32,000 bases of DNA from Ureaplasma parvum serovar 3 str. ATCC 27815. GTDB lineage: Bacteria > Bacillota_I > Bacilli_A > Mycoplasmatales > Mycoplasmoidaceae. The translations under genes were made by a program, and so were the position numbers. Below the pieces are notes generated by a model. That model saw only the letters and a list, made by a program, of their open reading frames with translations. It was not told the origin of the DNA and searched no databases. Of this stretch, positions 21,331 through 32,000 are shown piece after piece (position 1 is the first letter of the stretch; every line of letters starts with the position of its first letter). The stretch spans positions 719,680 through 751,679 of the forward strand of contig NC_010503.1 in NCBI RefSeq assembly GCF_000019345.1, in the 5' to 3' direction.

Positions 21331-22152
21331 CTAATCATAATTAACTTTACAAATCAATCCATTAGAAAAATCATTAAATAAATTCTCATAAGCTCTTACA
21401 TGATCAAATTCATTATTTGTTAATTTATAATTATATAACTCACAAATATGATGAATAAAATCATCAAAATTTAATACCTTATTCATTTTATATTTTATAA
21501 ATAATTCATTCCTATAATTTTTTAAATAAAAATCATATGCAAAATGTACAATTGATTCTAATTCCAAAACTTCTTTCTTAACACAATTAATCAAAGTCAA
21601 AACAAAACTATCACGCTCATTTTGAATATTTTTTAAAAAAATTCCAGGTGTATCAATTAAATAAAAATGTTGATTGATTTGACGAATACATTGAGTCTTA
21701 GTAACTCCAGGTCTATTTTCAACTTTTAATACTTTTTTGGGAGCTAAAAAATTAATCAAAGAAGACTTACCAATATTTGGTAGACCAATAATCATACCTA
21801 CAAATTTAGGATTTATTAATCCTTTCTTTTGGTATATTTTTATTTTTTGATCAAATAATTGATATAAATGTTGAATAATCTTATTTTTATCATTTCTTTT
21901 TTTAGTTGAAATTAATAAAAAATTATTATCGAAATTTTTTTTTCAATCACTTAAATCGGCCTTATTAGCCAAATTAATAACTGGTTTGGATGAAACTTCT
22001 TTTAATAATTCAATATTACTTGATGTTAATGGACATCTAGCATCAACTAATTGAATAAAAAAATCAACATTTTTAAGATTTTTTAAAATCTCATCTGTTG
22101 CTTTTTTCATATGCCCAGGAAATCAATTAATTTTTTTATTAATTATGTCCAT
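21331..22152 (-). CDS. rbgA: Ribosome biogenesis GTPase RbgA/YlqF, circularly permuted
   Basis: 273 aa code-4 ORF: 'INWFPGHMKKATDEI', 'VDARCPLTSSN', G4 'NKADL' before G1 'GLPNIGKSSLINFL', then 'DTPGI'. Confidence 0.92.
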
Positions 22153-22163
22153 AATGTTAAATT

Positions 22164-22604
22164 CTACACATACTCATTAAAAGATATTAAATATTTATAA
22201 ATTTGTTTTTGTTGATATTGAATTTTTTGTCTTATATTAAATGTATAATAAGCTAATCTAAAAAAAATAAAAGGAAGATTTTTGATCGGTTTTTTCGGTG
22301 GGTATTTATTGATTTTTAAAATTAAATATCTTGCTGTGCTATTATGACAATTGATCCATAAAAGATAAATTATTGTAATAAATAACATTAAAAAACTAAT
22401 ACATGTTAAAATTGTAAAATCTAAATATTTTTTATAATTTAATAATTTTTCATTATATCCATAATTTAAAGCTAAAATTAAATTTGTGATAAAAGAAATT
22501 AATCAACCAGCTAAAAATATACTAATAAAAACTCCAATAAATTTATATTTAAAATATAATTTACCTATCAAATAATCTTTTAATTCTTCTAAAACTATTT
22601 TCAA
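22164..22604 (-). CDS. Small uncharacterised membrane protein; start codon uncertain (TTG proposed)
   Basis: Code-4 ORF of about 146 aa extending track fragment 22164..22388; hydrophobic segments 'FIGVFISIFLAGWLISFI' and 'FTILTCISFLMLFITIIYLLW'. Confidence 0.5.
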
Positions 22605-22640
22605 AACATTTACCTAAATATTAAATAACTATTAATGTAA

Positions 22641-23312
22641 TTATATATTTTTATTTCGTTTTTTATTTTTAAAAAATTTAATAAATTCCTCAGAATTACT
22701 ATTTAAATAAGGACGATTAGGTACCTTATGATGATGACGACAAACAGCAGAATAGAATTCCTGACAGCCAATTTTAACAATATCATCATTATAGTCAGCG
22801 TGTTTACCATCAATCTTACGCAATGAATGCGTTGCTTCAGCGCCACACTCATTACATATCGCTGTTAGTTTTGTAATTTTATCAGCATAAGTAAAAAGTT
22901 TAGCAATTGGACCAAAAGGCTCGCCTTTAAAATTTTTATCTAATCCTGAAATAATAACAACAAAACCATTTTCTGCTAAAATATTTGCAACTTCACAAAT
23001 CCGATCATCAAAAAATTGAACCTCATCAATGCCAATAACTTTTGTTTCATCATTAAAACTGTTTGACATAATATAATTTAAAATTTCTGGTGCGCTTTCT
23101 ACTTCAACTGATGGTAAAGACGTTCCTGTTCGTGATTGGATATTTCTAATAGATCTAGTATCAATTTTAGGTTTAAAAACCAAATATTTAACATCTGCAT
23201 ATTCTAAACGATGTAAGCGACGAATTAACTCTGCTGTTTTTCCAGCAAACATTGGGCCAGTAATTAATTCTATTCATCCTATTTTTTTTGAAAATGCATT
23301 CACTTTAGCCAT
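22641..23312 (-). CDS. tdk: Thymidine kinase
   Basis: 223 aa code-4 ORF: 'WIELITGPMFAGKTAELIRRLHR', 'VIGIDEVQFFD', 'TKLTAICNECGAEATHSLR'. Confidence 0.96.
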
Positions 23313-23318
23313 AAAAAA

Positions 23319-24425
23319 TTATTTTGTCACATTGAATCTAAAATTGCAAATATCGCCATCTTTCATTAAATATGACTTTCCCTCCATTCTTATTTTTCCC
23401 GCTTCTTTCACAGCTTGCTCACTTCCTAATGATATTAAATCATCATAATGCATAATTTCAGCTTTAATAAAACCTTTTTCAAAATCGCTATGAATAATTC
23501 CTGCACATTCAGGCGCACTCATTCCGTTTATAAATGTTCAAGCACGTACTTCTTGTTTTCCATATGTAAAATAAGTTTTTAAATTTAATAAATCATAGGT
23601 TTGCTTTACAATTTCATCTAATCCTGTTGTTTTAATACCTAAATCTTGAATAAATATTGATTTTGATTCTTCATCTAAAATGCTAATTTCATATTCAATT
23701 TTTGCTGACAAAGCAACGCATCTAGCATCATTATCTTGAGCATACTTTTTTACTTTTAAATATTCTTTATTTAAATCAGGATTTGAAATCTCATTTTCTG
23801 AAATATTTGCAATATATAAAATTGGTTTTAAAGTTATTAAATTGAAAGAATTAATGATTTTCAATTCTTCTTTGGTTAATTTAACACTTGATGCTAATTG
23901 ACCCTTTTTTAAAGCTTCTTCAATGTTAAATAAAATAAGATATTCTCTTCTAGCATCTTTATCGCCAGAATCAGCCTTTTTTTTAATACGACTAATTCGT
24001 TTTTCAATAATATCAAGGTCAGATAATATTAATTCATAATTAATAACATGAATATCAGATAATGCGTCAATTTTATTATGAACATGAGTAATAGATTTAT
24101 CATCAAAACAGCGAACGACATGACAAATAGCATCAACATCGCGAATATTATTTAAAAATTGGTTTCCTAGTCCTTCACCTTGCGAAGCGCCTTTAACAAG
24201 ACCTGCAATATCAACAAATTTGAAAGTGGTCGGCACAATTTTATCAGGCACAACTAAGCTTGCTAATCGTTTTAAACGCGGATCATTAATATTAACAATT
24301 CCAATATTTGGTTCGATAGTTGCAAAAGGATAATTAGCTGCCTCAACTCTAGAATTTGTAATTGTATTAAATAATGTGGATTTACCAACGTTTGGCAAAC
24401 CAACAAGACCTGCTGATAACGACAT
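23319..24425 (-). CDS. ychF: Redox-regulated ribosome-associated ATPase YchF
   Basis: 368 aa code-4 ORF: '[38 protein letters not shown]', '[25 protein letters not shown]', C-terminal TGS-like domain. Confidence 0.97.
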
Positions 24426-24435
24426 TTTATTCTCC

Positions 24436-25308
24436 TTATTTTATTTTATTTAAACTATTAAACTTAGTGAATTTATCAATGATTGTATTTTTAATTGCGT
24501 CCACACCATAAGCCAAAATTTTTCGTGGATCATACTGTTTAGAAAGAATTAAATCACCTGCTTTTGTTAAGTGATCTTGTAATGCATTTGAAAATGCAAT
24601 TTGACATTCTGTATTAATATTAATTTTTGCTACACCCAAATTAATTGCTTTTAAAATTTGTTCATCACTAATACCAGAACCTCCGTGTAAAACAATTGGT
24701 TTATTCACTTTATTGTTAATTTCTTTTAATAAATTAAAATTTAAACCTTTTCAATTTTTAGGATATATTCCGTGAATATTTCCAATACCACACGCTAACA
24801 TATCAATATCTAATAAACACATTTGATAACAATCGTCGATATTAGCTAATTCACCTTCTGAAGTAATCCCATCTTCTGTCCCACCAATTGAACCAACTTC
24901 AACTTCTACTGATACACCTTTTAATTTAGTTATTGTCAAAAGTTCTTTAGTGTTTTTAATGTTTTCTTCGATCGAAAGTTTTGATCCATCATACATAATT
25001 GAGGAATAACCAGCATTAATAGCTTTTATACATCCTTCATATGTACCATGATCTAAATGCAAACAAACAGGAGTTTTAATATTCATTTGTTTTATTAAAT
25101 TAACAACCATTGCATAACAATTATCATAACCACCCATATATTTTACGGCACCTTCAGATGTCGCTAATAAAAGAGGAGAGTTTGTTTCTTGAGCTGCTAA
25201 TAATGCTGCTTTAATTCATTCTAAATTATTGATATTAATTGCAGCCACTGCATAATGATTTTCATAAGCATTTTGAATCATTTTTTTGGCATTAACTAAT
25301 GGTGACAT
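24436..25308 (-). CDS. fba: Class II fructose-bisphosphate aldolase
   Basis: 290 aa code-4 ORF: 'LHLDHGTYEGCIKAINAGYSSIMYDGS', 'EVEVGSIGGTEDG', 'KPIVLHGGSGISD', 'KININTECQ'. Confidence 0.96.
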
Positions 25309-25312
25309 TTTT

Positions 25313-25795
25313 TTATTCTTCCTCTTCTAATTCCTCTTCGTCTTCTATTTCATCTTTATTAGAAGTATTATTATTTTTAAATTCTTCATCTTCATCTTCG
25401 TAGCCAACAAAATCAGATAAAGAGCTTACTTCATCACTTTCCTCTTGTTCTTTTGATTGTGTTAATTTATCATTTTTAACAATTTCATGTTCATCTTCTT
25501 CACGGTCACTATCTTTGTATAAACCAACTTCATACATAGCGTTATTAATTTTTGTAATTTCATCTAGTGATAATCGTTCACGTAAATTTCATTCTAAATC
25601 TCCAATTGAAATAAAACGTGTATCTTGTATTAAAGTTGTATATAAAACACCTAATTGTGAATTAACTTCTACTAAATTTACATTACTATTCTTGACAATT
25701 TCATTAATAATATCATCAAAAGTAAATGGTTTTTTGTTATAAATTTTATTATTTTTTATTGCATTATAAGCAATATCAACTAATTGACGGCTCAT
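25313..25795 (-). CDS. rpoE: DNA-directed RNA polymerase delta subunit
   Basis: 160 aa code-4 ORF: 'MSRQLVDIAYNAIKNNKIYNKKPFTFDDIINEI', 'TTLIQDTRFISIGDLEWNLRER', then a long Asp/Glu-rich tail. Confidence 0.85.
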
Positions 25796-25842
25796 ATTAA
25801 ACTCCTTATATTTTAGTTTTTTTGTATTTAATATATTAGTAT

Positions 25843-27060
25843 TTATTTTAAAGGTTTATAGTAAAAAATTCATTTTTTTATTCGTGGTTGTTTAATTGAT
25901 TTTAAAGCAGCAATTATTAAACTCTTATCTTCAAGTTTTAATAATTTAATATCATTATTTTTGTTTTCTGTATATAAAAAAACCGGTTCATTAAAATCAT
26001 AAATTTGTTTATTTGAAGTAATAGTTTCATAAAAATATTTTTTATGAATAATCTTTTGATCTTTTGATTTATCTTTACCATATTCATATTCAAAAGTTAC
26101 AAAATCTTTATTTTGTAACCAATTTGTTGCTAAAGTTTTTAAAATAAAATCATGTTCATTAGCAAACGATCGCATTAAAGCTGTAAATGAATAATCATCT
26201 AAATTTTGAACAGTAGTAATATCTCAAGATTCATTATCTAATCATGGTTTTAAAATTGTTAATAATTGTGAATTTTTGAATATATATTTTTTTTGTTTTT
26301 GGTATAAAAAATGCACTCTTGCTAAAGTCTTTTTCATTAAAATATCATAGGTTGTTGGTGTTTTATTTAAATAAACATTTTCAAACATACTCCAACGAGA
26401 AATTAAAATGTTTTCTAAAGCGTTTCAAGAGTGTTTTGAAAAACATAATTGATCGTTAAAAACTATTGCCTTTTTAAAGATATTATCATAGTCTATATTT
26501 CCATACTTGGTTCCTGTAAAATGAGAATCACGTGGCAAATAATCTAAACGATCTGCATCAATTTGAGATGAAATAACCTGTTGCATTCACATTTTTTTGG
26601 ATTTATGATCAATTATATTAGCAACATCAACTGGATTGATATTATGTTTAATTAAAATTTTATTAATTTCACTTTTAGGATTAGTAATAATCATTTGACC
26701 AATTTTTTCATGATTATAATTTGTTGCATATTCAAAAGTATGGGAAAAAGGACCATGACCAATATCATGTAATAAGGCTGCAGCACAAACAATCTTTTTA
26801 TTATTTATTAAATCGTGTGTATCAGATTTAATGAATTTTAATGAATCTAAAAGTTTTCTTGTAACTTGGAAAACACCAATACAATGAGTAAAACGTGTAT
26901 GAGTAGCACTTGGGAAAATTGATCAACTTGATCCTAATTGCTTTATATTATTTAAACGCCAGAACTCTTTTGTTTTAATTAATTCATAAGCTCATTCATA
27001 TTGTTCATCAAACGTAATTAAACCATGAATAGGATCTTTTATAAAAAAATTTTTTACCAT
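25843..27060 (-). CDS. HD-domain phosphohydrolase (YwfO/SAMHD1-like)
   Basis: 405 aa code-4 ORF: '[13 protein letters not shown]', '[29 protein letters not shown]', '[18 protein letters not shown]', '[16 protein letters not shown]'. Confidence 0.88.
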
Positions 27061-27068
27061 AATAATTA

Positions 27069-29304
<2,236 letters not shown>

Positions 29305-29337
29305 AATTTGACCTACAACTTAATTTTATTAATTATC

Positions 29338-30171
29338 TTATCTATTCAAATAATTAAAGAGTTTTAGAAACATTTTTGGTTCAATGTTTTCAGCTCGTAA
29401 ATTCATATCTAAATTATAATCAATAAACATTTGATTAATTATTTTAATATCATAAATATTAGATAAGTTATTTTTTAACTTTTTTCGTTTATTTAAAAAA
29501 CAAATCCGTAAAAATTTACCTAATTCTTCAATATTAAAATTCACACTATTATGAAGATTTTCAAGATGAATGACAGCACTTTGAACTTTAGGTTGGGGAT
29601 GAAATTCTTTAGCATTAACTTCGAATAGAATTTTTGTTTTACAGAATAATTGTACTAAAACAGTAAAAGCATTATAACCACGTGTATTTACTTTAGCACC
29701 AATTCGTTCAGCCATTTCTTTTTGAACCATAATATAAGCATCATTAATTAATTTTGATTGAATAATTTTTAAAACTATCTTTGAAGATATTGCATATGGA
29801 AGATTTGCAACAACTTTAATTTTTTGAATTTTTTGAGTATTATTGTAATCTAAAATCAAATTATCTAAATCTACACATAATACATCATTATTTATTATAT
29901 GAAAATTACTTGTTTTTATGTATGTTTTTAAGTGTGCATATAGTCTTTTATCTAATTCAATAGCAATTAAAATATTTGTTTTTTGTACAAGAATTTCAGT
30001 AATTGCTCCTCACCCTGGACCAATTTCTAATATAAGATCATCTTTATTAATATTCGCCACATCTACAATTTTATTTTTTATGTTATTAGACAATAAGAAG
30101 TTTTGCCCCATTTTTTTTGATGGAACAAAACTTTCTTGCTTGAGTTTATTTTTAATGAATGATTTATTCAA
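29338..30171 (-). CDS. ksgA: 16S rRNA (adenine1518/1519-N6)-dimethyltransferase; probable TTG start
   Basis: 277 aa code-4 ORF: '[46 protein letters not shown]', '[14 protein letters not shown]', '[30 protein letters not shown]'. Confidence 0.93.
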
Positions 30172-30172
30172 G

Positions 30173-31324
30173 TTAGCTAATTCCTAATTTAGCAAGTTTT
30201 GATTCAATTCTTGTGGCACTGTTTGAACGGCGTTTCATAATAATAACATGAATGATATACGATTGCAGAATAGTAAAGATCGCATTGAAGAATCAGTATA
30301 AACCAATCCCGGAAGCAGAAATTGCTACTACAACAGCTAAAACAATTGCAATAATGTTTTGTGTCATTCGTACACGTTTTAACTGTTGTTTATTTTTAGC
30401 ACCAACAGTTGTGGCATTACGATTACGTTTTCTAGCTAATAGTTGTGGTATTTTTTGGGATAAGATTTGTACTGGAATAATAATTAATAAGAAGAAAATA
30501 TAAGGTCATCCTGAAGTTGTGAAATTTGAAAAAATTTCAGAAATAGGTGTTGCTGATAAGTCTCAAATATAAAAAATACTAATAAACTTAAGTGGTCTTA
30601 AAATTGTAACAACACGATAAATAATTAAAAAGATCGGCAATGTAATAATCATACTTTCAAAAGGAGCTAAAGGTTTAACGTTATGTTTTTGATATAACTC
30701 TTTTGTTTCCATTTGTTTTTTTTGACGAGACTGCATATCTTTTGCGTCTTTATATTTTGCATTAATTTCTGCAATTTTTCCTTGAATTTCAGAAATTCTT
30801 TCTGTTTGGATAGTTGCACGTGCTGAGATCAACATTGTAATCACACGAATAATTAATAAAATGATAATTAATCCTAAAATAGCATTTAAACCTGCTGGTC
30901 AATCTCTCGTTGCATACATAAAATGTAATAAAATTTGTGCAATTGGCCAAACAAATAAAGCATAGAAAGGACCATAATCAAATGAAAAATCAGACATTGG
31001 ATATCAAGGACCTGTTCCAGAATAAATTAAATCAAAACGAATGTCATTAGCACCAAGAATAGGATCAACATGAAATCCTAATTCAAAACCATTACCAACA
31101 ATAGTAGAATTAATTGTTCAGTGGTTTGCCATATTTTGGAAACAACCATATAAGCCAATACCTAAGAAAAATGCATAAACGATGATTTTAAAAACTTTTA
31201 ATAAAACATTAAAAATTTTTTTCTTACGTTCTTTTTTTATCGAATTTGCATTCGATGCTCCAGCAAAATGTGAAACAGAAATCCGCATTCTATTTGTTAA
31301 ATTTTGTTTATCAACAGATGACAT
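30173..31324 (-). CDS. yidC: Membrane protein insertase YidC/Oxa1
   Basis: 383 aa code-4 ORF with multiple TM segments. '[29 protein letters not shown]...[36 protein letters not shown]'. Between rnpA and ksgA. Confidence 0.93.
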
Positions 31325-31362
31325 TTATACCTCCTTTTCAATTCAAAAATTACTTGCTAATT

Positions 31363-31704
31363 TTATCTTTTTTCTTTGTTAATAATTCGTTGAAGAATTA
31401 TTTTAAGATTATTACAATTTAAAACAAAAGAACCATCAATAAACGATGGTTTCACTAAGACTACAATATCATAACTTTTAATGGGAATATCAGCAGCAAT
31501 AAACCATGCTTTAATCAGGCGTCGAATTCGATTGCGTTGTGTTGCTAATTTAAACTTTTTTTTAGAAATGCTTATAGCTAAGCGAACATTTTTTAGATTG
31601 GTTTTACGAAAATAAACTACGATTTGATTAGAATGAATTTTTTGTTGTTTCTTAATTGTATCAAGTATATCTTCATTTTTTTTTAGACTAATAAAATTAG
31701 CCAT
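31363..31704 (-). CDS. rnpA: Ribonuclease P protein component
   Basis: 113 aa: 'NVRLAISISKKKFKLATQRNRIRRLIKAWF' RNase P protein signature; downstream of rpmH. Confidence 0.94.
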   Translation of the reverse strand: MANFISLKKNEDILDTIKKQQKIHSNQIVVYFRKTNLKNVRLAISISKKKFKLATQRNRIRRLIKAWFIAADIPIKSYDIVVLVKPSFIDGSFVLNCNNLKIILQRIINKEKR

Positions 31705-31709
31705 AAAAA

Positions 31710-31856
31710 TTATTTTTCACTAGAAACTGTTAGACTATGACGCCCTTTAAGTCTTCTTCTAGCTAAAACATTACGCCCATTTTTTGTTTTCATGCGTGCA
31801 CGAAAACCATGCACTTTTGCTCTTTTACGATTATTAGGTTGAAACGTTCTTTTCAT
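31710..31856 (-). CDS. rpmH: 50S ribosomal protein L34
   Basis: 48 aa [48 protein letters not shown]. Confidence 0.98.
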
Positions 31857-32000
31857 AAATCCACCGCCCTCTTACTTTTTTGAAAACATAATATGGATTA
31901 TTATAACATTTTAGTTATTTTTTATTTAATATATTTTTTTAAAAAAGTCAATGATATCTTTTTAAAAATAAACATATATAATATGATAATAGGACAAAGA

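Noticed and set aside
25515-25742. Plus-strand ORF of 75 aa opposite rpoE
   Set aside because: Mirror of the rpoE coding sequence; no homology recognised.
29918-30503. Plus-strand ORFs 29918..30187 and 30252..30503
   Set aside because: Antisense to ksgA and yidC.
31182-31382. Plus-strand ORF of 66 aa
   Set aside because: Antisense to the yidC 5' region.

Overview
This AT-rich 32 kb window comes from a mollicute that reads UGA as Trp (genetic code 4). It is most probably Ureaplasma-like, which is an inference from gene content and arrangement. The supplied ORF track is split at UGA codons. I rebuilt the full genes by joining in-frame pieces through TGA, and each rebuilt length divides by 3. 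Apart from 2750-7637, nearly everything is on the minus strand. Contents, left to right: a TupA-like ATP-grasp protein (partial) and a DUF2156-like protein; rpsI and rplM; a lipoprotein, an APC permease, then rpmG-secE-nusG on the plus strand; a DEAD-box helicase; two tandem MATE transporters; deoC, tkt, an HPr-like protein and cls; tRNA-Ser(GCU); trxA and topA; a degenerate DprA-like protein; rbgA; a membrane protein; tdk, ychF, fba, rpoE, an HD phosphohydrolase, gltX and ispE; then ksgA, yidC, rnpA and rpmH, the classical arrangement next to oriC. I found no CRISPR array, transposase, phage module, restriction-modification or toxin-antitoxin system. The best candidates for follow-up are: (1) a possible attenuator with a mini-ORF (MRPLF) overlapping a terminator-like hairpin 22 nt before the APC permease start; (2) an HPr-like protein lacking the phosphorylatable active-site His; (3) a TupA-like ATP-grasp plus DUF2156 pair in an apparently wall-less organism; (4) a degenerate DprA-like protein next to topA; (5) a perfect 15-bp inverted repeat in an otherwise empty 440-bp gap; (6) long non-coding sequence and hairpins upstream of the MATE-1 gene.
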